From assembly GCA_964270895.1 (NCBI GenBank), contig OZ185436.1: a stretch of 64,000 bases of DNA; one strand, given 5' to 3'. The notes beneath the pieces were generated by a model. The model saw only the letters and a list, made by a program, of their open reading frames with translations, ran no database searches and had not been told where the DNA came from. This stretch comes from Podarcis filfolensis (taxonomy: Eukaryota). The position numbers and the translations under genes are program-made. Of this stretch, positions 52,335 through 64,000 are shown in pieces (positions within the stretch are counted from its first letter, which is position 1; each line of letters begins with the position of its first letter).

Positions 52335-54384
52335 TATCTCTGATGTTAAATTGTGGGAATTACTATTGAAATGGAATGGTGCATCTTTATTTGGAAGAAA
52401 ATAGAGGCTTTCAGACTGCAAACCTATAATCTCTTTCCTTGGATTAATGTTCATTAATGACATTAACTCCTGAGAAGACATGTATGGGATTATGCTTCAA
52501 ATCACAGTGAAGAGAAGTTATAACTAGGAAAAGTAGTCCTTCTAACCCTGAAGGCATTTAGGATGACAAAATATTCTGGATTCCCCCCCTCTAATGCCCT
52601 TATTTTTGTGCATTTAGAAACAACAACCCTATTGTAATCGAGATAGCTGACCATAGAAGAAAGTCTAAACAAAAAAAGCCCAAAATGTAGCTTTTCCTCA
52701 CAGGACAGTCACTCCACACCCTTGATCATTTGGGTTGCTTTTTTCTGAAACTTTTCCAAATCTACACTAGCCTTAAATAATTATGTAGTAAGCACAGGGA
52801 AACTATAGACCAGAAGAAATAGGTATGCTGAAATATGGCAGTTTATATGGAGAAACAGAGAGTGAATTGGTGAAAAACAGATCACTTTGTTCTATCCTCA
52901 CCCAAACATTATCCTCCAGAATGACCTGCCCTCTGTCCATATACTGGGTGTTATGACCCTTACTGACAGAAAACAAGTGGGAGTGTAGGGTGCAGAGAAA
53001 TCCTGTTCAAACTATAAAGGTAAGAGGCTCTGACTGTATGTTGTCTTATCAGCCTTAGAAGACAACACTGCTTTCTATTGTATGCTTTCTGTATTATGTT
53101 TTGCTTCTTATGTTTATCAGATATAGTATGAAATATATATATATTTTAAATAGTCCTACGATTCAGATAGTCAATGCTATTAAACTTTGTGGATTAACCC
53201 AATATAACAAATTGTCTCATAGAGCTCTGTTGGGATTGGATTAATGCCAAGGGCACTGATTGCATCAGAATGTGTAATGTATCACAGACGCATACTGAGA
53301 TTGAATTGCCAAAACTCAAATATATCCAGGTTCGCTTCAGACATAGATAACGATAAAGCATTCTAAACAATCTGGTTGACTCCTCAAGCTTCCTTCTTCA
53401 GGTGAAGACTAATTGGCTCGGCAATGTTTCCATGTGACATTTTCAAAGAATGTTGAAGGTTAAACTCTTCCTGAAATGGCTAAGAACTTTTATTATGCAA
53501 GGAAGGAAAGTAATGTTGCCAGGCCCCAATGATGGATATATACAGGAGGAAGACAATTGTCCACAGAGAGGGAGCTTTGTGTTCACTTTTCTGCTGTCAG
53601 ACAAGTCTCTTGGCAATTCAATTTAAAATCTGAGTTTTCTGTTCAGTAGTAGAAATTGCTCCATAGAAAAGAGCATGTAGTGCTCGTTCTGTGTGCTCAG
53701 AGCATAGTTATTTCTCATCCCTTATTTGGTTTATGCTTCCCAATAGCTCCACACACTGCGGCAATTACTTCAAAGAAAGAAATCTCAGGGTGTATATGGT
53801 CGTCAGCTGCAGGTCTTACATTAACATTTGTTGTTTAAAGTTTTTTTTCCCTGCAAATGTTTCACCTATTGGATAAAAAGGTTTATTGCTTGGGTTACAT
53901 ATTAGTGGAAGGACTTATGTCTGTGTGATGGAATTTCCTCTCTCCTCAGCCCCGGTCCCCCCAAATCTGCTCCAGAGGCTTGGGGAACGTAAGGGTAAAC
54001 AACAGAGAGAGGAAGTCCTGTTGTACAGGCAGAAGTCATTACACTAATGGCATGACCTTGTAGGATACATCACTTTATGTATCTATCATGGGCTGGATTC
54101 AATTAAACCGGTGTGCTAACAGTAGCTAGTGTAAAGACTCCCACTAGCAGAATGGGGCTTTCTCCCCATTCCCTTGTCCTCCTGCTGTGCACCCCCAATA
54201 CTTCCCCCACATCCACTCTATGGCATTGGGGAAAAACCCAGAACAGCATGTGAGGGGAAGAGTAGGGAGATTGTTCCACCTGGGAAGCAGAAATGCTTGC
54301 ATTGAAGAAACTATCTTAATAGCATGACATTGCATCCTGCCCCATATTTTTAATCTGTCCTTCCTCAAAGGAACTCAGGACAGC

Positions 54385-54510
54385 ATACGTGGCTACCTTA
54401 TCCCCATTTCATCCTAGCTACAAACCTTTCGGTAGGTTAGGCTGAGAAATAAGGACTGGCCTTTAGCTTTACAACTGTGCATGTGCAGGGATTGTAACCT
54501 AAGTCACTTC
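54385..54510 (-). mobile_element. Old MIR-like SINE
   Basis: CCCCATTTCATCCT...GGTAGGTTAGGCTGAGA...GACTGGCC. Confidence 0.45.
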
Positions 54511-54610
54511 TGTCTAATGCCCGTTGGACATTGTTGCAAGTTGTAGGATAGCAGGCAGTGAAAAGTGAGTGGATATAGCAGCGAAGTCATTCCATGCTGC
54601 AGGTGTTGTT

Positions 54611-55762
54611 GTTTTTTTTAAAAAAATAATTTTTATTAACCAACCAATCAAATCACATTAGTTCCAAATTACAAAACTGAATTTTAAATTTTTGTTGGGG
54701 GTACCCATGCTTCGAGCTCAGAAAGGGATCCAATCATCTCTATTGCTGCTGCCTTGATGTTCACAGTTCTGTCCAAATAATGTTCACAGTTCTGTCCATT
54801 CCTCTCTTTGTTGTTTTCCTCATCTCTTCTTGTTGTTATCGTATATTTTTCCTTTCATTGTGACCTCTGATAGTCTCCACAAGCGAGTTGAAAACAAGCG
54901 TTATTATAGTCCTGTGTGGATTTTTCCATTCATCCAAGAGTCATATTCAGACAGCAGACGCATTTCAGCACTTCCATAGAAAACAATCTTAATGTCTGCT
55001 CATTAATCTTCGCAGGCCTGTCACTCCCTTCTCGATCTTCTCAGGGGGTTCTGCCAGGTCAGACACAGAGTCCAATATAATAACAAAGCCATGGCTTCCT
55101 CCCCCTCTTGATCGTCAATCCTGCAACAAAGCCTGCCTGTCATGGCGAATCTCTTTATAACTGCGTCATTCCAAAAGCCTTTCATTCCTTTCCAGATCTC
55201 CACAAGCCAAACCTTTGGTTAGTAATTCATTTCCACACAGTTTCTTAATCATCCCGCTTATAATCAATTGTTGCAACGGTTCTTCTTGGGGGGGATTGTT
55301 AGGTAATCACATAGAGAAAAAAAGAAAAGTCCCCCCCCCCTTTCCGTCCCGTTCTGACATACCGACTTCTTCTTGATATATTTTCCTGTTGAATCCAGCC
55401 CGTCGCTCAACTTCACAGAGGTCACTTCAATTAGCAGTCTAAACTCCCGTTCTTCACTCGAAACATGTGCATTTGCTGCTCTCTAATTGTTTATTTTGAG
55501 CTCCTGCAGCCAGGTCGCGCAATCAGAGACGGCGTCGGGAGAGCCAGAAACCCACACGAGTGCTGTGCGCCTAATGCCCTCACCCCCTTCTTCTTTCGAA
55601 CTCGGGGGTGATTTATCGGCAACTGCAGGCGAAGGCAGTGTTTCCCCCATTCCCTGGGGAAACAAGGGAGGCTACATACTCCCATAATAGCCTCTTAATT
55701 ACCTCGTGTGAGCCGGAGAGATGGTATTGTCGGCCATCTTCCAATGCGCCCCTAGTGGCCCC
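54611..55762 (-). mobile_element. Full-length 1152-bp non-coding L1-type (non-autonomous) retroposon with 19-bp TSD
   Basis: CCATGCTGCAGGTGTTGTT is identical at 54592-54610 and 55763-55781. The minus strand starts GGGGCCACTAGGGGCGCATTGGAAGATGGCCGAC and is CpG-rich. It ends GTTAATAAAAATTATTTTTTT-A8. The target reads TT/AACA. The longest ORF on its strand in the track is 64 aa. Confidence 0.85.
55732..55740 (-). promoter_or_regulatory. YY1-type initiator motif (AAGATGGCC) at +23 to +31 of the retroposon
   Basis: The plus strand reads GGCCATCTT. The same core occurs near the 5' end of human L1 (CAAGATGGCCGA). Confidence 0.6.
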
Positions 55763-58700
55763 CCATGCTGCAGGTGTTGTTAATGCTACTGCTGAAATTG
55801 TTTAGCAGTTGAGGGAAGCTGCAAAGGAAGTAAAAGCCTTAACAGCCAGATCCTAAGCATGCTTACTTGGAAGGAGATTCCACTTGATTCAGTGGGATTT
55901 GCTTTAAGGAAAAGTGTGCCTAGACTGGAATTCTAATTACACACATGAGAACATGCTTAGGACTGACCTATGCAAATTGAAGCCTTATTAGCATAAGGGG
56001 CTAAAAAAGTCCTTGTGCCAAAACTCACTATTTAAATTTATTCAGATTAAATGAAATTCTGTTTTTAGCTCCTGCATCATATACAGAAAACACTGTAATA
56101 ACTGCAAAATGCTAAAATATCCTCGGAAGCATTCGCTGAGGAGGTCTAATAGACTCCAATGTGTTTGGAGGGCAGTATTTAAAATGGCATATTTAAGACT
56201 CCTTAAATCTTGTGCCTGTCAGCTTTTGGTCTGTTCATTTAACCAATGGAAGGATATAATGAAGAAAGCAGAGACCCAGCTTAGAGAATATGCCTGAAGA
56301 GAGCAGATTGAAAGGGGACATAAATCACATATATTGTAGCTATGCGTCAATAAAAGAGCCATTCTGAGTTTTTGGAGAAAGTCAAAACATGTCTTGAGCC
56401 TTGCCTCCATTGAATTGGTGTGGTTTAATGTGTTGCGGTTTTTGTGGCCAACGTGATATGTTCAGGAGCCCATTTGCATGTTGGTGGATATGAAATAACA
56501 TTCTGGTGCAGAACTAAAGGGAACTCTTAAAGTTTTTCTACCTGAACATATTTTAAGATTTAGCAAAATTTGTCAAAGTAGTTTTGTAGCAAATGCAAAG
56601 AAACCAAGCTAGCTGCAAAGCAAGCAGTTTATGAATGTTTAAAATTCTAATTGTTTGGCAAACCTATACATCGCTTTTTAAGTATTTAATCATCCTAATT
56701 TGTATTTTAAGATTGTGTACACTCCCATTAGGACTGTACTCAAACCAAATCAGTGGTTCATTAGCAGTTGACAAAATAAAATGTCTAGCTAGAATTCCTT
56801 TTGAGAATGCAAAGATAAATGAAATCTATACAATGATGTAATTCTCTTTGAAATGATTTGCTTAAAAACTATAAATACATTTTTTTGAAGGATTGTTCAG
56901 AGTTACTCGTGTGTTTCTCAAATGTCTTTTTTAACTGTTCGGATGGTCAGCCAAAAAATGTAAATGGAATTGGCCAAAAACTGCTGGAGAGCGTTTTACT
57001 CTAGACATGTTCCAGTCACTCCAAGATCACAGGTGTCCACAATATATCAGCCACAGACAAAGCTAGCATTTGGCAATCTTTGCTAACTAATTAGCTCACC
57101 ACTTCATAGAAAGATTAGGAATCAAAAAGGTAACTTTGAAATCTTACGATAGCAGAAGTACATAAAAATTAACATAGCTTGCAATCTTTTCTGTTTCATT
57201 TGCCGGGATGTCCTGGTTTTTCCAGTGCAGTTGGCAAGTATGTCATCACAACATTGTAGTCAAATAAACAAAAGACATTGGTAGCTGAATTTGAGGATGC
57301 CCTGGGAGGACAGGCTATGTCAGCCCCTTCTGTGGACCTCCTTGATGTGTTGCTGGGGACATTGCATGTCTCTCACTTCCTCACATAGGTCTCCTTGACT
57401 TACTTTGCCTAGATCAGATCTCATCAGGTACTCATCCCTGGAGATTTCATCAGCTACTGATCACCTTCGGATGGTGCCCCTGATTACGTTTTGGGCTGAG
57501 AGTGGTTTCTTGTTCCCCACCCTTTACATGGTTCCCTTCCTCTGCCATAGCTTGGAAGTCCAGTGTGTGAGGCCTAGCCTTCTTGGGCTACTAAGGCTTG
57601 TGGCTTACTCACAGGCTATGCCCACCAGAACAGAAACAGTACACTAGGTGAACCTTAAGCCTGTTTACCATAGCTTCTGAGACTTGAGGTGTCCCCTTGA
57701 GGACCCCCTTACTTTTGTGATTGTAAGTTGTTTAAAACTCTTTTACTTTTTAAAAAATATTAAATTTAAACTATTTGATATTTTAATAAATATTTAATAG
57801 GGGGACCTTAGAGTGAAGGGCAAAGAAAATAATACTAATACTGTACTACTAATAATAATTTTGCTGCCTGAGGTGAGACAGAATTTGAAGCTGACTGGTG
57901 ATGAGACAATATCCACTACTGTTGCTGAAAGCAGCAGGCTAGAGAGGGTGGAGTATATGCTCCCTGGCACACACAGCGCAGTCTTCCAGCTCCTGCCAAC
58001 GTCTGCAACTTGAGGCAGTGATCTCACTCTGCCTAATGTTAGGGTCAGTCCTGCTTCTGTAAGCTTTGAAGAAAGCAGGCATTTAATGATTCCCTGAGGA
58101 AATTCCTTTATATGCATACATGGAGTTAGCAGAGACATCAATGTCACTGTCAGTTCTACCCATCTTTCCCTCATGTATGTTTTACAAGTGGAGTGTTATT
58201 TAATGTTGGACACCTTAAACTGAGCCTGTTTCTCAGTTTTATTTTCTGTTTCTGTTCAAACTATGGCACATATAATTTAGTATTGTGATAAATTTTCTGT
58301 GCAGCTGTATCTTTAGTTTTTCTTTTAATTACAGACGCAGGAGGTCCCAGCATGCAAATTACCCATAACCCGAACACCCCCAACCGCCACCACTGTCATT
58401 ATTGTTGCTCTGGGGATTAGGGGCATTCCTCATTCGCACAAATTGTATTACCTTAGTGTCAGATGTGTAGAATTAGATCCCAGACAGTATTTGGGAGGAT
58501 TTGTAACCTGAAAGGTGATCTGTAATTAAGTATGATGATGACAATGATGATATTAATAAGTAAATAGACCCCAAAGGGGCCAGTTGTGCACGCATGCACT
58601 TAAGACTTTCTTGAGGGTATTTCTGCAGCAAGCTGCTCCTTAACATGTTTTCTCCCTCATATTGCACATTGCTGCAAAGATCCTGGCTTGTGTTAAGCCA

Positions 58701-60320
58701 AAGTTTCCTGTTGCATCTGAACTGGCTTGATAGCCGGAAAATAACCCAGGATCACATTGTACATTGATGCTATTAATGGGAAATTTTTAAGCATGTGCAT
58801 AATGCATAGCTAACGCTTGATATTTCCCTATATTGGCTTCTCATCTGCAGTGCTGTGTTAATGTAGAAGACTGATGCTTTTGCAACAACAACTTGATGAA
58901 AACTTGTTTCAGTATTGAAACAAGTCCTGCTATTAAATAAAATGAAATAAAACCTGGATAGAAACAACACAGAATTGAAACTTCTTTATTTCTGTTGTTT
59001 CCTGAAAAGAAGAAATCACACACCTGCATTGTTCTGCAATGTGCACTTAAGCTAACATTCTAACTGTAACCATACTGACCTAGAAGTAATTCACATAGAA
59101 TTCAATGTGATTTACATCAAAACGAGGGTTGTTTAGGATTGCGGCCCAAACGAAATAGGCACAAGGAAGAATTAAAAGCATACTTTGAATTACTAGCATA
59201 TCAAGTATTGGGGAAAATAGTAGTTTTACTTTTCCCCCCTGTTAAGCAACTTATCTGCTCTAATAGTTAAAAATGTATTAAATAGTTATTACAGAAAATT
59301 GTCTGTTTAATCATTTCCTGTCATAAAAAAGAAAGGCAGGCTTCACATCTTATATTGCCTGTATACATTTAGGTCCTTGGTCTATACTGTCTCCAAGCAG
59401 CTCTGTTTTCAAGGTGTTAATTATATATTTTAGCCCACTTCTTTCCTTTTTTGGAAAGGAATACCACGTTTAGTATTTGGGACTGAGGCAAATACTTTTA
59501 GCATGAGCGTAGTGTATTCATTACTGACTACACTTTATTGTGTGTTATGCACTTTTAACTTCTAAGACTTGTACCTACTTAGGAAAGATATGTGACCACA
59601 ACAGAAAAGTCAGATGGGTTGTGTTTAAATCAATATAACTTGTCACAAATGTCACAAAAGCTGAAATGTAGTCTTAGTACCTCAGATAAGTGTCTGGCAC
59701 CTGGAACTACAGTTTTCATTCTGCCACAATCTAGTATTCCAGCTGGTGTCTGTGAAAGGACTATTACTCACCAGTACTTGAAAGAAGGAACTATATTATG
59801 TCCTCTCAATTTGCCTTGGAATAAGCCATGCCTGTTTTGTAAAACTGTATGGTGACAGGTGTCAGAATTGTTACGATTAATTCAATGCCAATTCAGTTTT
59901 AATGTGACTGAAAGAGGCTCATTGCCCTTCTGCTGCTGTTCAAATTAGGCAATCCAGACTTTTGATAGGGAAATTGCCAAAATGGCTTTCTAAAAATCAT
60001 TTCTAGCAATATGGAAAGATTTGATTGTATGACTTTCAGGCAGATGAGACCACGCTGATGTAAGAGATTTAAAAAGCAGAACCATTCAGTCATCTTTTGG
60101 TCCTTTGCTTTAGCACATGGGTTCATTTCTATTTTGTTATAGCTTGTTTCAGGATTAATTTTGTCTATCGGTTGGAGAGCATAACATAGTGAAAACTTAC
60201 TACAGGCTCTCTTTCAACAGTTCTGTTTTCTGTATCTTCTTGTTAATGCAATAGCATGTAATTGTTCTATAATAGAGAATCATAGAATCATCCACACATT
60301 CTTTTTTGCAACTGCTGGAT

Positions 60321-60435
60321 CAGGAGTAGGGAACCTGTGGCTCTATAGATACTGTTGGACTGCAGTTCCCATCAGCCCCAGTCAGCAAGCTGGCAGTCAG
60401 GAATGATGGCCGTTGTATTTCAGAAACATCTAGAC
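60321..60435. mobile_element. Degraded hAT-type MITE
   Basis: CAGGAGTAGGGAACCTGTGG...TGCAGTTCCCATCAGCCCCAG...GAATGATGG, related to the 23095 element. Confidence 0.5.
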
Positions 60436-60439
60436 TCTG

Positions 60440-60551
60440 CAGGGTTGCCATACATCTGGAAATTTGCAGACATACTTGGAATACTGCAGCCAAAAGCAGT
60501 GTCCAGGCGGAAATCGGCTAAATGTCAGTGAAAATCAAACATATGGCAACC
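60440..60551. mobile_element. Short TIR element (probable hAT MITE)
   Basis: Inverted termini GGTTGCCATA (60443-60452) and TATGGCAACC (60542-60551). No TSD identified. Confidence 0.5.
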
Positions 60552-63199
60552 GATGTTGACAGTGTCATTTTTGCCAATTTTCCTCAAAAATAGCTCAAAA
60601 ACATCCAATTTCTTTGCAATTTTGCAAAAAAACAACAACAAAACTCTGAGCAAAACTAAAGAAAGCTCAACAACTTTGGCAAAAGAAAGAAAGAAAGCTT
60701 AATAAATTTGCCCCCCCCACCAATGTTTTTAACAAAAGCACCTTCATCTGCTTTACCCTTGGCTTATAAAGAAATTGTACTTTTTAAGGAAATATAACCT
60801 TTGGGCAATATATGGGATAAGCTACAGTCACTTTGTCCAAACATAGCTCTTGCCGTATATTTTATCAATGCAAATACTTCCTTTATTGTATCTGCTACTT
60901 TATCATAGGTACAGTTTTAAAGCACAAGAACGGAAATCCACACCCATGTCGATAATGAAAGAATGGTTGCTGTATGTGAAGCACTTTAACATGCCAAATA
61001 TTATTGAAATGTCTTAGTAATGCCAGACATTGGTATTGTTTGTCCCAGTGTGTGTGACTTTCAGCTGACCTCAAATTTCAATTGCTAGTTTGTGACCCCC
61101 AACAGTCTTGCCCAGTTTTGCACTACATTTGCTCAGGGGCATTGCTGCTGTTGGAATCATGTACTCCTTCCTTTCAGAGTCAAGGAATGGTGCAACTCCT
61201 GCTTTTGTTGCTGCAATGCTTTTATGACATTATATTTTGCTGCAATTCAAATTGTCACCTTTAGGCTAAGGACATTATGTGTGTATTTGGAAATAATTTA
61301 GCATAGTGATTGCTCACACCTGTGCGGCCCCATTTCGTCTTCTTCTTCTGGTAGGGATAGGGTTTGCTGTTCTGTACCTGTCCATCTTTTTATCACACTA
61401 TTGTAACTCAAACTTCATCTGTTGTGGTTTTCATTTCCTTAAACTTTTGTGATATTGGCCCAGTCTAGCCGTTTGCTCACATGAAAACCAATCAGTTTGC
61501 ATAGTGGGTGAATGAGTGAGCAGTGTAGAGCAGAGCTCAAATTAAAGTTTGATTATTACAAAATTCTCCACCATCCCTAGCTTCTGAGACATTATGGTCA
61601 CGTATTTGTTTTGCATCCCATACATTTCCTTATGATACAGAACAGAGGAAGAACAGCAAAGTTGCACGAGTCACTGATCATTTCATTGGAATGTCATTGT
61701 ACTAGACCTCAGATAAGCTACTGTAAGCAAATCTTTAAAGCAGTTTCTAATTCTGTCTGCGAAGGGGGAGATACGATGAAGAAGTTCTGCATGGGAACCA
61801 TAACTGTGTCTTTCCTGTTTCTTAGCAGCAAGCCTTAACTATTTTTCCACATCTAAATCCCAGGCACAAATATTTTATTCTTCATCTGATCTGGATAACT
61901 GATAATGATATTTTTTGCTGACCTGATAAAGGTATTTTTAGATTAGTATTTCAGTATTACAATTTTAATTTGCTGTTACGCTTTACTAGCCAACCCAGAT
62001 AAAGCTTTCCTGTAGAGAATATATGTATTAAATGAGCTTGAGCATGTAGCCTGGGTCAGGGCTGCAGCATATAGGGCTAAACTGCTGTGTATCTTACAAT
62101 GGGGTTTTTGACACAAGGGACTGCCTCATATTCCTAACATTGATGGCAGGAATCCACACTCATGACTGAGAAGTGTTGCTCATGGAAGAGCAGTTTTGCT
62201 CATTTTTCTACTTCTGGCAATGATGTCAGATGTTGCTTCTGTCCTTGCCTCTTCAGAAGGGGCTTTTCAAGACCTCTCAAGGAGGCACAATGAGCTGCTC
62301 TGGAAATGTGAACTGGAAGAGCCTATTGTGCATGTGGCTCTTTGGATCCCAAACCATACATGTCCACATCAGTTGATTTAATTTGCTGCTTCATTTACTG
62401 TGCGTTAATATTATATGAACCAATGTGTTCTTTAGCAGATGGTTGTTGTTTTGGAAAGAAGTTCAGTAAAGAGGTTAGGCAAACTAATATATGGGATCAG
62501 TAAAAGCAAGCTTGTGTATATATTGTGTGTGTGTGTGAGAGTGAGAGAGAGAGGGGGGCAGGCAGTCAACAGGGGAAAGAATCAGATTCTCGCTCACAGC
62601 AATGCTGAAGAGAAAAGCAACAAATAAGCAATTGTCCTGTTAACATTTGGCATGATCCACATCTGTTTACACTTGGGTATGTACTCCTGTGCACAAAAAG
62701 AAACATGATAAATGGAGCTCACTCAGATAGTCTTCAATAGGGTTCCAGTACTTGGCTTCAAAAGAGTCCGATTGGGGCTATGGGAATCCTGTAGTAGGAT
62801 TGCTGTTTGTGTTGGGTTGCCAACAAATTTTGTTGAGGTGAAATTTCAGGGACACTTTTGAAGCACAGGGCCCTGCTTTGGTGAAGCGTCCAAGCAATTT
62901 TGAGGGAAACATTGTTACTGGTCATGGTAATACTAGAAAGAATTATTCCTAGGTGAAGGAAGAAATCCACATTTCCCAAAGTTTCTGTCATCACCCTGTT
63001 AAAACCAAAAAGGAAAGGATTTGAAGTACTGGCAGAGAAGAACTATTGCACAGTGCCATATTTAGGAGTGTATGTCCTAGGCAGCTGTCTGGGGAGCAGG
63101 GATTGGCGAACAAGGCGGCCATTGGCTTCATAGGGTGCTTGGCATGGGCTGCAGTTGAAAAAGTGTTACGAATGGTTCAACATCTGGCATTGTTGACGC

Positions 63200-64000
63200 A
63201 GCGTGCCGCGAGGACTTCCGGGTTGGCGCCTCCGGCAATGGCGGAGCTCCTCCGATCAGGAGGAACTTGCTCCGTGAAAAGCAGGGTCTGACCGCCACGG
63301 TGAAGGTGGAGACCCATAGAAATCACAGGCGGGAGAAGCCTGTGAACTTGGGATTCGGCTGGCACCCTTTGTGCCTCCCCTACTCGCGGGGAAACCCTGT
63401 TTTGGGGATCCGGAGCAACGTGGGGTGAGCGGCGCGGTGCTTTGAATCGACCGCTTCTTTCACGGAGTGAAGCCGCATTGCTGTTTCTGGAGAGCGCTGA
63501 CTTTTTCCTGTGGACAATTGGATTTTAAACGACTACCCGTGAGTAGAACGGAAAATTGGATCTTGAAATACTTTAATTTGGCACCGAAGTGGGAAGGTTC
63601 TAAACAGGAAGTCCGCCTTCCGCTTTTGTAAATAGATTGAAGCAAAGACGCTACAAGCTAAAGTCTTTGAAAGCTTTTGACAAAGGATTAAATTTCCACC
63701 GGACAAAAATATATAACCCCCCTTGGAAGCAGGAGAAGAGGGGGGAAGTTTTGGATCTAGTGTGCCTGCAGGAGAGAGTGAAAATCAAATTGCCACTGCT
63801 CTGAACCTGGAAAAGGGCTGCCAGATGACGTTCGGGGAATGTTCATTGACAGAACGGATTTGACAGCTAGCTAAAATAAGAAAGGTACTGTTTCCATTGT
63901 CCTCTTCTGCGTTTAAAAATGGAGGAAAAAGTAACCGAAAATTGAAACTATTGTTATTTGCTCGAGTCGTGCTTGAAAGAATTGATACAAGTGGAGACTG
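63200..64000 (+). mobile_element. 5' UTR (internal promoter) of an L1-like element running off the window edge
   Basis: There is an abrupt switch to CpG-dense sequence at GAGGACTTCCGGGTTGGCGCCTCCGGCAATGGCGGAG, with an ETS-like ACTTCCGG at 63214-63221 and a YY1-like AATGGCGG at 63237-63244. This resembles recalled squamate L1 5' ends. The exact start is uncertain and the 3' part is not visible. Confidence 0.7.

Noticed and set aside
58330-58440. Possible U1 snRNA-like sequence and octamer element
   Set aside because: The reverse complement does not align to U1. Several octamers occur in the window, about what chance predicts.

Overview
This is vertebrate genomic DNA, not prokaryotic. It is AT-rich and repeat-dense. 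The Sauria SINE subfamily, tRNA-Ile/CR1-tail SINE and short DNA-transposon MITEs point to a squamate, most likely a lacertid lizard (inference from recalled consensus sequences). The window lies inside ERC2 (CAST1) on the + strand. Only one coding exon was found: 48422-48569, 148 nt, encoding (K)QEALLAAISEKDANIALLELSASKKKKTQEEVMALKREKDRLVHQLKQQ. The flanking exons appear to lie outside the window, so everything else is intron. Almost every ORF in the supplied track is spurious or transposon-derived. The most notable object is a complete 1152-bp non-coding retroposon at 54611-55762 (- strand). It has an L1-type 5' end with the YY1 motif AAGATGGCC, an AATAAA plus A-tail, a perfect 19-bp target-site duplication and a TT/AACA endonuclease site, and looks like a short non-autonomous L1-mobilised element. 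Also notable are a CpG-rich L1-like 5' UTR at the right edge, sense to ERC2, and two inverted 136-bp hAT MITEs about 2 kb either side of the exon. All calls were made by eye; no alignments or database searches were run.
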